Positions 29,658 to 44,169 of a stretch of DNA of 64,000 nucleotides are shown here, in pieces (within the stretch, counting starts at the first letter, position 1; every line of letters begins with the position of its first letter). The position numbers and the translations under genes were made by a program. The stretch is from Octopus vulgaris (lineage: Eukaryota): positions 49,228,001 through 49,292,000 of the forward strand of contig OX597826.1 in assembly GCA_951406725.2 (NCBI GenBank), given 5' to 3'. Under the pieces are notes generated by a model, which searched no databases, was not told where the DNA came from, and worked only from the letters and a program-made list of their open reading frames with translations.

Positions 29658-31512
29658 TTATATACATATACATACACCAGACCCAGGAATCATACTTCTT
29701 ACACAAACATACACACATACAAACACAAACATATTTATATATACACATGTATGTATATATACATGGATATACATAACGGCTTCACCCCGGCTATTTATTT
29801 TGTTTTGTTCATTCTTCCGCCTTATGTAAATTTTCCATCATCATTATCATCATCATAACAATTATTAATTATTACTATTCTCACCTCAAGCCATTTCTAA
29901 ATGACCAGGTAAATAAATTCCATTCTTTTCATCTTTGTATATATATTTATTTATGTATTAATTTTTTCTGTATATTTATATTTTCGTCCTGTTATCATCT
30001 TACCTTGGTCTTTCGTCTTTTGTTTTCGGCGATGACTCCGAAAGTATTAAGAGTTGACAATGTAAGGCATGTGTTGAGAAGAAGAAAAAAGGAGAGAGAC
30101 AGAGAGAAAGAGAGAAAGAGAGAAAGAGATAAAGTAAGAGAGAGAAAGAAGACATTTTTGTACATGTGTGTGTATGTGTACGATGGATAAATAGATGTAA
30201 TGAGAGCGAACGAACGAGTAGAGATGATTGTATGAATGAGTGCAAAAGCACACACGCATGTGGGTGTGCGTTGTGTGAGTTTAGCATGGTTTCTTCAGAA
30301 AAACAAAGTTTACCTTACGCATGTATGTATAAATCTGTCTCATATGCACACACACACACACGCACATATATGTGCATATATACATATTCGAACATGTGTA
30401 CGTATGCACGCAGTTTACGATATACACGTGCGCCAAAGCGGTGGAATGTGCGTGTATATAAATATTCCACATCTCTATCGTTAGCGATTCTCACACACAC
30501 ACACGTATTATTATATATGATGGTAATAGAGTTTATATTAGTCATTAAAAAAGGGAAAAAATACCCTGCTCTATGAGTGTGTGTGTGTCTATATACATGT
30601 ATCAAAAAAAGGGGATATCAGCTAAATGATGTGTATTATGTCTTTTTCGAACCAAATTCTTCTACACGTTGGATATCTTGGACACAGACACACATCTTAT
30701 TTTACCAGCGACCAAGTTGTAAGACATATACGGATGGGAATGCGCGAGTCTCTTATTTGAATCAGTGGTCCGAGTATCGTGATTCTACAGATCCAAACTT
30801 TGACACACACACACACAGATTTATACACACACATACACATACAGTTAGTGTGTGTGTGTGTGTGTGTGGTATTGCCGGATAGAAAAATGAGACACACAAG
30901 TGGTTACAACAGCCGGATACTAGTAAATAACAATGTTTGGGTGCTACAATTGACGAATGTGACTCTAACACGATGCTTGTTTATGCTATATAAATGTATG
31001 TGCATATATATATACATATATATATATCTATACCTGTTTATCTATCCACGCACACACACACACACATATGTACGTACGTATATATATATGTGTTTGAGTG
31101 TGAGCACGCGTGCGTATATGTATGTATGTATGTATATCCATACACACTGGGTATATATTTATGTACTATACTGATGCTGGAATCATGTCGTTATCTTTGC
31201 CACATTTTTCTGTCTCACATCAACGACATCGAATTCCAATGGCTTCTATTCTTCTTTTTCTTCTCTACCCCCTACCCCACTTCTCCCTCACCTCCAGCAG
31301 CACTAGTAGTAGTAGTAATAGTCGTGGTAGTAGTAGTAGTAGTAATATTGATGATGGTGGTAGTGGTGGTGGTGGTGGTGGTGGTCTTCGCGGTTTACGT
31401 TTCGGTCTCTATTGTTTATTCCATCCAATATTGGTGCTAGGAGAGAAGAACAATAATACAGAAGGACACTACATTGCCATTGTCGTTATAATAATTATTA
31501 TCATTGTTGTTG

Positions 31513-32100
31513 TTAAGGCGATGAGCTGGCAGAAACGTTAGCACGCCGGGCGAAATGCTGAACGGTGTTTCGTCTGCCGTTACGTTCTGAGTTCAAATTC
31601 CGCCGGGGTCAACTTTGCCTTTCATCCTATCGGAGTCGATTAAATAAGTACCAGTTACGCACTGGAGTCGATGTAATCGACTTAATCCGTCTGTCTGTCT
31701 GTGCTTGTTTGTCCTCTCTGTGTTTAGCCCCTTGTGGGTAGTAAAGAAATAGGTATTTCGTCCGTCGCTTACATTCTGAGTTCAAATTCCGCCGAGGTCG
31801 ACTTTGTCTTTCATCCTTTCGGGATCGATAAATTAAGTACCAGTGAAACACAGGGGTTCGACATAATCGACTTAATCCGTCTGTCTGTCCTTGTTTGTCT
31901 CCTCTGTGTTTAGCCCCTTGTGGGTAGTAAAGACATAGGTATTTCGTCCGTCGCTTACATTCTGAGTTCAAATTCCGTCGTGGCCGACTTTGCCTTTCAT
32001 CCTTTCGGGATCGATAAATTAAGTACCAGTGAAACACAGGGGTTCGACGTAATCGACTAGTCCCTTCTTCTTCTAAAAATTTCAGGCCTTGTACCTATTG
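31513..32100 (+). mobile_element. SINE family B internal trimer
   Basis: One head followed by three B-box+core units at about 185-190 bp period. Confidence 0.85.
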
Positions 32101-32365
32101 TTTGTTTATTAATTCCATCACTGGTGTTATCGTGGCTACCACGGCCGTAGTTAGTGAAGTGCAAATGGAGGTGGTGGTCGTGGTTGGTGGTGGCGATAGA
32201 ATTGGGAACTATGCAATGTGTTTTGAAAACAATACGTGTTTGTATACAATGTAATTTTTTGTTTTTCTTTCTGTTTTATGTGTTTGTGTGTTCGAGTGAT
32301 CGAGAGAAAGATTGATTGAAGGCAGACGATCCGACATAGCTCCACATCCATTGAAGCACACCACA

Positions 32366-32419
<54 letters not shown>

Positions 32420-32699
32420 ACAGAGACAGACACACGTGTGAGTGTATGTACATGTGTATGTGTGTGTTTGTGTGTGTGTGTTTCTAGGAACACAAGAAAT
32501 TCTGTTCAATAAGCAGGTCTTAAATGTAAACGATGAAATTCTTGGATAATTCCGTTATATTCATTCTTACGGTGGAACGAAGCGGCGGGGAAAAAAAAGG
32601 TATGAGCGAGTGAGTGAGTAACTGGCCACTGTGACTCAACCAAAACATTCTACTACACACATACACACACGTATTGGTGTACATGTATGTATATGTGTG

Positions 32700-32773
32700 T
32701 GTGTGTGTATGTATGTGTGTGTGTGTATGTATGTATGTATGTATGTATGTATGAATGTATGTATGTATGAATG

Positions 32774-32805
<32 letters not shown>

Positions 32806-32825
32806 AATGTATGTATGTATATATG

Positions 32826-32857
<32 letters not shown>

Positions 32858-33084
32858 AATGTATGTATGTATGTATGTATGTATGTATGTATGTATGTAT
32901 GTATGTATGTATGTATGTATGTATGTATGTATGTATGTATGTATGTATGTATGTATGAATGTATGAATGTATGTATGTATGTATGTATGAATGTATGTAT
33001 GTATGTATGTATGTATGTATGAATGTATGTATGTATGTATGTTGTATGTATGTATATATATATGTATGTATGTATGAATGTATG

Positions 33085-33118
<34 letters not shown>

Positions 33119-33125
33119 TGTGTGT
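32700..33125. repeat. (TATG)n microsatellite with TGAA interruptions
   Basis: Directly visible. Confidence 0.95.
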
Positions 33126-33289
33126 GTATGTGTGCATATTTATATGTATATTATTTATATATGTGGTACTAAAAGACTGAAGAGATGACGAGGTGACGAG
33201 GGTGGAAAAAACGAAGTGCAGACACAGAAACGCACACTCACACACACACACACACATACACACGCATGCACACAAAAGGAAAAACAACT

Positions 33290-33331
<42 letters not shown>

Positions 33332-33659
33332 CTGCTGATGATGTTATTACACGTTATAACGGGAAGGGGGAAAGAAAAGTGTTCAGTGCTTTGCCTTGCA
33401 ATTGCCATTGGCACAAACACACAGACATAGAAGATATTATATACAGAGAGAGAGAGAGAGAGCGTGAAGCACAAGACAGACAACGCCGTTACTATATTAA
33501 AAACATATTCTTCGACTGATCAACAACAAAGTTATTTAGTACCAGCTAACTACTGGAGAAGAAGAAGAAATTCTAGCAATTAAATTAGAGTAATCGCCAT
33601 TGATTTGGTTCTTGTGTACATGAATGAATTTGTGTTTCATGAACGAAGTAAATATTTAC

Positions 33660-34350
33660 TGTTTTCTTCGCGTTTCCGGCTTTACGTTCTGAGTTCAAAT
33701 CCCGCACGGGTCAGCTTTACCTTTCATCGCTCGGTGGCTGGGGGGGGGTGTCGATGAAATAAAGTAGTAGGTTTAGTTAGTACTGACGTCGATATATAAT
33801 CGACTGACACCGCTTCCTTTAAAATTGCTGGCCTTGTACTTAAATCAGAGATCATTATTATTTCTTGTTATTGTTGTTGTTCACATTCCCCCCCCCCCAA
33901 GTTACAACTGGTACATCTGTCCCTGTTTGTCCCCTCTACGTTTAGGCCCTTGTGGGTAAAGAAACGTTACCACTCCGGGCGAAATGCTTGGCGGTATTTC
34001 GTCTGTGTTTACGTTCTGAGTTCAAATTCCGCCATGGTCGACTTTGCTTTTCATCCTTTCGGGGTCGATAAATTAAGTACCAGTTATGCACTGGGGTCGA
34101 TGTAATCGACTTAATACCTATGTCTGTCCATGTTTGTCCCCTCTATGTTTAGCCCCTTGTGGGTAATAAAGAAATAGGTATTTCGTCTGTCTTTACGTTC
34201 TGAGTTCAAATTCCGCCATGGTCGACTTTGCTTTTCATCCTTTCGGGGTCGATAAATTAAGTACCAGTTATGTACTGGCGTCGATCTAATCGACTAGCCC
34301 CCTCACCCAAAATTTCGGGCCTTGTGCCTAGAGTTGAAAAGAATATTATC
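33660..34350 (+). mobile_element. SINE family B cluster including an internal dimer
   Basis: Units at about 34000 and 34180 are near identical (both carry ccgccatggtcgac). Confidence 0.8.
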
Positions 34351-34840
34351 CTCTCCCTCTCAGTGAATGTTGTAACTTTTTAAGAATTACTGAAACTGGA
34401 TTCGGTCTTTTGATAAACACGGTTTTGTTTTCAGAAGAACTATGTGTGCTTGTTTGTGTATCTATGTATGCTTCTCTGCTTTTTGAAACAGAGGACAAAT
34501 GAATATGCATCCGTTATTTCTTCGTCCGTCCTACGCTTATTCATTTTTATCTATTATTATTATTATTATTATATATTTTATTTTATTTTGCTTTTGATAG
34601 AGGAATGAGGATGTGAGGGCGTGCGCCTTTAAGGATTATCGCTTCGCCTTCCCCTCCACTTTCTAACACCGCACACGCCTTACCATTCCATTCCAAGCCA
34701 ATTCCATCACTTTAATCCGTCTTTATCGGTCATTTCGTCCTTTCCTGTCTTTGACATTAGTTTTCTTTTTCTCTTTCACACACACACACACACACACTCT
34801 CTCTCTCTCTCACTCTCTCTCGGCATTTCTTTTCTGTGTA

Positions 34841-34878
34841 TCTTTCTGTTGAAGAGCGTCGGCTCGAAACGTAAAAGA
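34841..34878 (+). ncRNA. Minimal hammerhead-like motif in Penelope-like fragment (about 34820-34978)
   Basis: TCTTT-CTGTTGA-A-GAGC-gtcg-GCTC-GAAAC-GTA-AAAGA: perfect stem I and stem II, palindromic ACGT stem III, variant core (CUGUUGA instead of CUGANGA). Confidence 0.55.
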
Positions 34879-34975
34879 CTTGTTTTATTTATATTCCTGA
34901 GCGCCATACTAATACAATTGTTTGTTTGTATTCCACCTGGCTTCGTCTTTTGTTTATTTTCATAAAGCTTCTCGT

Positions 34976-35007
<32 letters not shown>

Positions 35008-36471
35008 TATATTGTGTATATTTGTCCCACCTCTGTCACTGATAATCGGTGCAGGTTTGTTTACGTCCCCGTGACTTAGCGGTCCGGCAAAAGCGGTCGA
35101 CAAAATAATTACCCGGCTGGAAATCAAAACCAGAGAAAAACTAAGTACTAAGATCGATTTGTTCGACTAAACCCTTCGAGGCGATGCTCCAGCATGGCCG
35201 CAGTTCAACGACTGAAAACGAGTGGAAGATAAAGAAAACATACATACATACATACATACATAATGATATAATATGATAAAATATATCGGTTTTCCATAGA
35301 TTTTTTTCCTCACTTTCTCTCTCTGTTTTTCTCTCTCATACACACACACACACAATCATAACACATTTCAATCTTCGTACAAACGTTTGATATAAACCAG
35401 TCTATAATTTGGATCTATCCAGTGAAAAGTGACCATGCTGGAGTACTACATGTCTGTTGGCGTGGGGGTGGGGTTGCTCTGTTCTCACACAATTCAAGTG
35501 TCTGTTTATGTCAACGCTCCACACACACACACACACACAAACTATATTTCTCACACACTCTTATTTCATCTTCTCATTAACTCTCTCTCTCTATCTCTCT
35601 CCCCTCTCTTTTTCTCCTCCTACTGCCACCACCAGACACACACACACGCACACACATTGTCTAAACCTTCTCCTCCTCCTCCTCCTCCTCCTCCTCCTCC
35701 TCTCCCTTCCTTCAGTTGCTAACAACTTCATTCATGAATCCTTTCCAAGACAGTAAAACGCGAATTTCGTAATCAGCGATCGTCGTACGAGAACGTCTCT
35801 GTGTGTCTGTGTGTATGTATGTATGTATGTATGTATGTATGTGTGTGCGTCTGTTTATACGTGTATGCGTGTGTGTACGTGTGTGCATGTGTGTGTGTGT
35901 ATACATGTGTGTTTGTAACTCTTAACTGTATGAATCAATAAATGATGATGATGGAGATATGGTTGTTCTAGTTGCTATTGTCTGGCGGCCCCTGGTCATC
36001 TAGCGAAACAATGATCAAAAAGCGTTCCGGCTATGACCCTTTTCAGTTATATTTAGTGGCGGTGGCGGTGGCAGCGGCGGCCGCCGCCATGGTGGTGGTC
36101 ATGCAAACGCGATGCCCTGCTGTATATTACTTGACATACAGTAATGTCCGTCTCTGTTTCGGAAGTTGAGATATGTCAATTGTTGACCGCGATGACCCGA
36201 ATGAAGGTCAGCTGGGGTCATTTTCTTTCCTTTTTTTTTTGTTTTTTTGGTAATTTTTTTTACTAATCGTTTATCCGCCCCCCCCCCCCCCATCATGTTG
36301 TTGTGTTTCGTCTTGTAAGTATAATCAAACGTTACTCATAATTTAGCTTTTTGCTTTTGTTTACTTGGTTCTTGATGTGAAACCATGTGTTGAAGAAACA
36401 TATTTTGTTTTTTCTATCTCGGGAGGGTCACTATGCCAATAATGACACACGCACTGGTTCTATGTCACTTC

Positions 36472-36537
<66 letters not shown>

Positions 36538-36552
36538 TACAACTATTATTAT

Positions 36553-36775
36553 AAAGGTAACGAGCTGGCAGAATAGTTAGCACACCGGGGAAAATGCTTG
36601 GCGACATTTCGTCCGTCTTTACATTCCGAGTTCAAATTCCGCCGAGGTCCACTTTGCCTTTCACCCTTTCGGGGTCGATGAATTGAGTACCAGTTATGCA
36701 CTGAGTTCGATGTAACTGACTTTACCCCAACCCCACCAAATTTCAGGCCTTGTGCCTTATAGTAGAAAGGATTAT
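36553..36775 (+). mobile_element. SINE family B (other copies near 1060-1192, 4730-4880, 11990-12160, 24095-24487, 25075-25295, 55828-56050, 59440-59750)
   Basis: Full head aaggtaacgagctggcagaa, B box and core; follows an (ATT)n run. Confidence 0.85.
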
Positions 36776-37030
36776 CATTAATATTATTCAATTATCTAAC
36801 CAATTAACTATAATCGTTCGGCCAATCAGTGAATCGGCTAGATTCGTCAAAGTCCTTCTCTCGACTTCCGCCACTTCATCGATGACATTCCACCTATGAC
36901 ACTCCTGTCCTGGATATTGTTTTATCTCTGTTACATATGCTGTAAATAGTTTTTGCCTTGAAAGCAGTGATCCTCAACCAGATTTTGCAGATCGATGTGA
37001 ATGTGTGTGTGTGTGCGTGTATTATTATTA

Positions 37031-37097
<67 letters not shown>

Positions 37098-37464
37098 CTT
37101 TCGTTTTTGGATTCGGTTTGCAAGGTTCTTTATATGAGTTCGTGTGTTGAAGCATATTCTGTCGTGTCTGGGGAGAGTCATTTTCTTTTTGTGCCTTTGA
37201 GAGTCAAAACTATTGAAAAGGTTGCAAGACGCAACGAAAGTTATAGAAAAATAAAAATAAGAAATTAGTATTTATAGCAGTATATAGCACACATATAGTA
37301 GCTTATAGTACATGCGAATTAGGAATCAGTTGAACTGGTCAGTCAGATTTTGTTATGGGTAAGCTTGTATGTTTATTCATAAACGGTATAACTTATTTTT
37401 CAAATGAGCTAAAAGCCTTCTGGGGTGTAACCGTAAACTAATCAATTCACTTTGTCAACGCATG

Positions 37465-37479
37465 CATTGTTATGCAAAT
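37465..37479 (+). promoter_or_regulatory. Sox-POU composite element CATTGTTATGCAAAT
   Basis: Exact match to the canonical zero-spacing Sox-Oct consensus; a second Sox-like site CTTTGTC at 37450-37456. Confidence 0.45.
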
Positions 37480-38538
37480 TAAGCAAACCAGTTTAGTTGA
37501 GTCCAAAATTAATCTTTCAGTAGACAGGAAAAAAAAAATTTCTGTCCTTCTCTGATGAAGGCCTAAGAAGTCTAGAAACTGTTAATGGGGAGCCCTGATT
37601 TATTGAGGAGAACCCAGATGTTTATTTCTAACAAGGAGCATTGGATAAAATTACTTTCGATATCAGTCCCGACTTCGCGCTCTGGGTTCAGATCCTAGCG
37701 AGATCAAGTTTGTTTTATAGCCATAAATACCAGAAAGTATTTTCCCAATGTTCAAACAATTCCGCCAGCTTGCCATTTTAATGATAGCTTGAAATTTTGG
37801 CAAAAGCTTAGAATTTTTGAGGGGAAGGTCTTAGTTGGTACCATCGACTCCCGTGTTTCACTGGTACTTATGTATTTATGTTATTAACCCCACAAAACAA
37901 TAACAGTAATGTTGCTGATATTTAAGATTAAAATGTGATGCTGCTGTTGTTTTAACCCCCAAATCAACTCCGATCGAATAAATCTATGAAAGGTAACACG
38001 CCAACCGTGATTATCCTGGCTTTTGCATCTTTAGAATTACATTGCCTAAGATATCATTCCTTTAAAAAAAAACCGTTGGGCGCAAAATAAAGGAGATTTG
38101 GCGCTATTTCTAGCTATTCCAACGATCTAGGTGTGTGGATTTTACAAGGGCACGAGCTTGAACGTTCTGAAAGGAAAGGTTAATTTCTGTGAAACTCCCG
38201 GATTTCATTGGGGATTTTTTTCCCCTCAACGACCCCGGAAGGATGAAAGATAAAGGTGATATTAACGAACTTTGAACTTGGTAGAGGTAACTTTGTCTAA
38301 TTTTAAAATAGTTTCTATTGAAATGCCAAGGTCCACGGATTTTGTTAGATGGGGTGGGGGATAGCATTCGTTTAATGGGACCCTAGTGTTTGTTTTAGTA
38401 GCCCCGATAGGATGAAAGGACCAGCTACACTTCAGTTAGAATTCAAACCTTTTAGTCAATAAAGATCTACGTAAGTGAATTGGTTGAGCGCCCTTCTTTC
38501 GTTTGTCCACTCGTATGTATATGTGTAAACCTTCCCGT

Positions 38539-38604
<66 letters not shown>

Positions 38605-39565
38605 CATACATGCACACACATATATACACGTCTGTATATGAGTGTGAAAGTTTGTATTTGAGTATAAAAATATATGTATTTGTATATTTCAGTGTGTAGG
38701 TACATATATGTATAAGTATGTATGCATAATGTAGTTTGTACGTGAAGAAGTATATGTACCTATAAATATGTATATATGAGTGTATATATATATATATATT
38801 TGTGTGTATGTGTGTGTGTAGATAGATATATAATCGATGTAGATAGACAGTTATGAGTGTAGGTACCCAGAAATCAGCTTGCAGACACATGTAAACACCC
38901 GCTGGATTAAGTACCCTTTTATTTAAGTATTTATTGAATTAGGGTTAGAGTTATTTAAGTTTTTATTGAACTAATTAAACAGTTACAATATTTATATTGG
39001 TTATATTGAATGACTAGTTCGATAAATCGATAAAAAAATATTCCTTTTGTCAAGATCCGATAAACTTTTATTATCGGAAATAAAATAATAAAAAAAACAA
39101 CAAATTGTCGTCGATTCTGTGATTTATCTATCTTGATTGGTCTCAAGTGAGGTCTGATCGAACTATTTGATATATCATTAACGACGTTCCATCCGTGACC
39201 ATCCAGATACAGACTGTAGTTTTAAGATATTGCGTGTCTGGGACTGCATGATATGGCTTTACTTATATATGATATGCTATTATGTGTGATTTGAGGGAGA
39301 TTTGATTGCTATTTCTGAAAAAGATCGATTGCCCCCTTCCCATCGTGTTGTTGTTGTTGTTGTTGTTTAAACTACGGATCAGTTCTGATCAACCATAACT
39401 ATGGTCAAATGACAATCTAGCTATGACCATCACGCTTTACTATTCTTCGCCAGACAATGCTTCCTTGTGTTTTTAATGCGTAAGTGTATAATTTCAAATA
39501 GATTTGGCTTCCACTTTTTTTACAAGGTCGAGTGAACCACATGATAATAATTTTTTGTAATAATG

Positions 39566-39607
<42 letters not shown>

Positions 39608-39840
39608 GTCATAATAATAAGCCGCTTTGGTTTATTCGAGTGAATTCAACTATGTTCTAAAGCCTTATTTGTTACCTTTTTTTTTTCACCTTCCTTTCGG
39701 CTAATATCTGTTTGATGTCTTACCTGTGTATGATGTAGCTTATGAAACATTCAATGTGTGTATATATATTACATATTTGTGTTTAGGCATTCGTCCGTAG
39801 CTACTTTCGTATGCGTATGTATATATATATATGAATGCAT

Positions 39841-39911
<71 letters not shown>

Positions 39912-40002
39912 TAGATATGTTGCTATATTCATTCAACCAGGCAGGTGAGGATCACATACATACATACAAGCACACACACACACACAATCACACGCACGCA
40001 CA

Positions 40003-40047
<45 letters not shown>

Positions 40048-40351
40048 GTATGTCACTAAACACGTGTGCAGTGCATTTTGCATGCAAAACGTTCGACCCG
40101 ACAAAGAAATCTTAGAACAAAAACCGTGAGAAGACAGAGGAACAAGGGGAAAAAAAAAAAAACCCTTTATATGGTTATTACATTAAGGGTGGTTACCTTG
40201 TTATTATTATTATTATCATTATTATTATTATTATTGGCTATATTTCATGTTTTAGGTTTGAAATGAGGGTGTCTCTGATATCTTTGTTTTCGGGTGCTTT
40301 CTTCCGATATTCCGCTTAGCAAACGGGTGGATGGGTGTGCGTGTGTATATT

Positions 40352-40401
<50 letters not shown>

Positions 40402-40809
40402 TATATATATATGCACACACACACACGTACACATCCACCCGTTTATATATAATGTGTGTGTGTCTATGTGTGTAATATATATATATATATATATATATAA
40501 CGTTTGAACTATAGATGTTCCGCGGTGATAGAAGGAAAAGAAACCAAACTTAAGATTTCCCGCCGATCGCGCTTCAAATTCAAACTCGACGTTTTTACCA
40601 TCTTTCTTTGAATGCGTACATACGGACGTATGTGTGCGTGTATTAATGTATGTATGTATGTATGTATGTATGTATGTATATATGTGAGTACATAAGCAAG
40701 AGTACACTAGGGTATACAAGGAAGACTTTATAGTTCAAAACGTTTGATAATCGATCGGTCTCTCGTGACGTGCGTATACACATGCATGCATGCAGGTGCG
40801 TATGTATAT

Positions 40810-40912
<103 letters not shown>

Positions 40913-41066
40913 TTGCATACACACATTTCCTAAGCTGTGAAATTATTATATAAATAACCAAGAAATTTTGAATTTTGTCCTTTGCAAAAGTTGGCAAGTG
41001 TTTTCTCAGAAAGTTCTCGGCCGTTGATTCAGTGAACGTGTGTATATGTATATATATGTATGTGTG

Positions 41067-41107
<41 letters not shown>

Positions 41108-41631
41108 GTGGTAGGTACTTGCGTTTGTCACCTTGCTCCTTAACCGACCGGTGTAGGTTTGTTTACGTCCCCGTCAAAAAAGCTGTTCGGCAAACAAAGA
41201 ATGATGTGGAGGTTATAGTCTTCTACTATAACCTCGGGCCGACCAAAGCCTTGTTAGTGGACTTGGTATATATATATATAAAGTATAGGAAAGAATGGAG
41301 CTGAACGAAGATTTAACAAAATTCCTTTATTTTATTTTATTTTATTTTCGCCCTATGGTCGTAACTTCAACAGTACCCTTTCTGTTGTGAATTTTGCTAC
41401 CCAGGTATCGGTTATCTTTCGAATTATCCGTAATAAGATAATTCATTTGTCTACTTAAATATATATATGCGTGTGTCTGTATGTTTGTGTATGTCCCCCT
41501 ACCATCGCTTGACAACCGATGCTGGTGTATTTATGTCCCCGTAACTTAGCCATTCGGCAAAAGTGAACGATAGGATAAGAGCTAGACTTACAAAGAATAT
41601 GTGCTGGGGTCGATTTGATCGACTAAAGGTA

Positions 41632-41694
<63 letters not shown>

Positions 41695-41713
41695 CATACA
41701 AATATATATGTAT

Positions 41714-41796
<83 letters not shown>

Positions 41797-42656
41797 ATAC
41801 AAATATATATGCATAAAATTTATTTATAGTGTATGAATGTATACATACGTATGTATATACATGCTTACATGCATGTATGTATGTATGTAGGTAGGTGTGC
41901 ATGTATCTAGATTCGTTTTTAAAAACACTTCAAATACTCTTTCTTCCTCTCCCTCTTTTCCTCGCTCCTATTATGTCAATCATTCTCCCTGTGATCCTTA
42001 CTCAATCCTTTGTTATTCCTTCTCAATAATAACTCCTGTTTCTCTCTCTCTCTCTCTCTCTTTCACTTTTCCTCCCTTTCACTTCCTTTACCTATGTCAA
42101 TCCTTACACAATCACTTCAGCTTCCCTCTCTCTCTCCCTCCCACCATTACCCATCTCTTTCTTTTTTCTCTCTCTCTCTTTCTCTCGCTCTCCTTTTTCT
42201 CTTTACTTCCTTTTTTTTTATTTTCTATTCTTCTCTTTCTGTTCCTTCCTTCGCTACCTACCCTCCCACACATAATCCTTTCAACACTGGCTACGGAGAA
42301 CGACTGTATGTGTGTGTGTGTATGCCTTTTAAAAAAGGTGTGTCGGATCCTATGAAGTGCCATACACCTGCATGTTTACACACACACACAATATATGTAT
42401 ATATTTATGCATATATGTGTGTGTATATATATATATATATTATTATATATATTAGATATATATTTATATGTACGTATGTATATATATATATATATATATA
42501 TACATATATATGTACGTATGTACATATATGTATATATATACACACACACACACACATATATATATACATAAATATATATATACACACACACACATATATA
42601 TATATACATATATATATATAAATATATACATATATATATATACATACATATATCTA

Positions 42657-42688
<32 letters not shown>

Positions 42689-42743
42689 TATATAAATATA
42701 TACATATATATATACATATATATATACATACATATATCTACAC

Positions 42744-42789
<46 letters not shown>

Positions 42790-43300
42790 GTATGATTTTA
42801 TATATATGCATTTATATAATCACGTGTAGAAATATTGTCAATACATTTTTAGCACCCTCTCTCTCTCTCTCTCTAGTTATATATGATATATATATATATA
42901 TATATACAGAGAGAGAGGGAGACCCACACATGCTCACACATTTTTAATTCACTTTTCCATTCTCAATACTGATCGTAACCCCTACTTTTCCCCTATCAAT
43001 CTTCCCGCCCTGATGTCTAGTTTTTAAAAAAAAACTTCTTTTTTTTTTGCTTTTCCTTAAAAAAAAAAATACAAGGGATTTTTCTTCTCTTGGCTTTCGT
43101 TAAACAGAATAACTTACTCCCACTCCCTTCTCCTGCACCATCCCTCCACCACCACCACCACATCCCTTTATATCTTTATGGTGTGTGGGGGTTCTTTTTT
43201 TTTTTGCCTTTTATGTATTTAATTTAATTTTCTTTTTTATTTTTCATTAAATTCTGTGGTATGTTCTCTAAACATTTACTTTATAAAAGAAACTCTCTCC

Positions 43301-43361
<61 letters not shown>

Positions 43362-43555
43362 CCTTCGTTTTTTTTTAACAAAAGAGTTCTTTGAAACAGT
43401 TATAGTATCATAAATAATAATAATAATAATAATAATAATAGTAAGAACAACAACAATAATAATAATAATAATAGTAAGAACAACAACAATAATAATCATA
43501 ATGATGATAATAATAATCGTCATCATCATTATCGTCACGAAGATGATAAAGGGAT

Positions 43556-43616
<61 letters not shown>

Positions 43617-43682
43617 AGCGTTTGAATGCAAAGGTATTCAGCTCCCTCAAAAAGAAAATCATAGGAAAAGAAGAGAAATTAA

Positions 43683-43735
<53 letters not shown>

Positions 43736-44117
43736 TTTCGATGGGGAAAAAAGTATTTTATACTTTAAAAAAAAAAAGGAAAAAAAAAACAAAATAACAA
43801 TAACACAATAATATATAGCAATTCTTTTTATTCTCTCTCAACAATTGTTATTCCCTGTGATAATCCCCCACCCCACCCCCTTTTTTTTTTCATTTTTGCA
43901 TTGTCATTATTGTTAGTAGTAGTAGTAGTAGTGCCATTTTTTTTCTTCTTCTCTACCCCCTAAAAAAAAAATAAAAGTCAGGTGTTTCATGCCTAGGAAT
44001 CAAATGATTAAGAAATGAATAAATAAATAAATAAATTTCAAATTCGAAATAAAAATATAATACAAAATCTCAAAAGAAAGACTCGTACAATGGGCCTTAT
44101 GTCTAATAATGAAGATG

Positions 44118-44169
<52 letters not shown>

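Noticed and set aside
29334-29858. 174-aa ORF with a non-repetitive first 75 aa
   Set aside because: Non-ATG start, no recognisable domain, runs into microsatellite; better explained as UTR or uORF.
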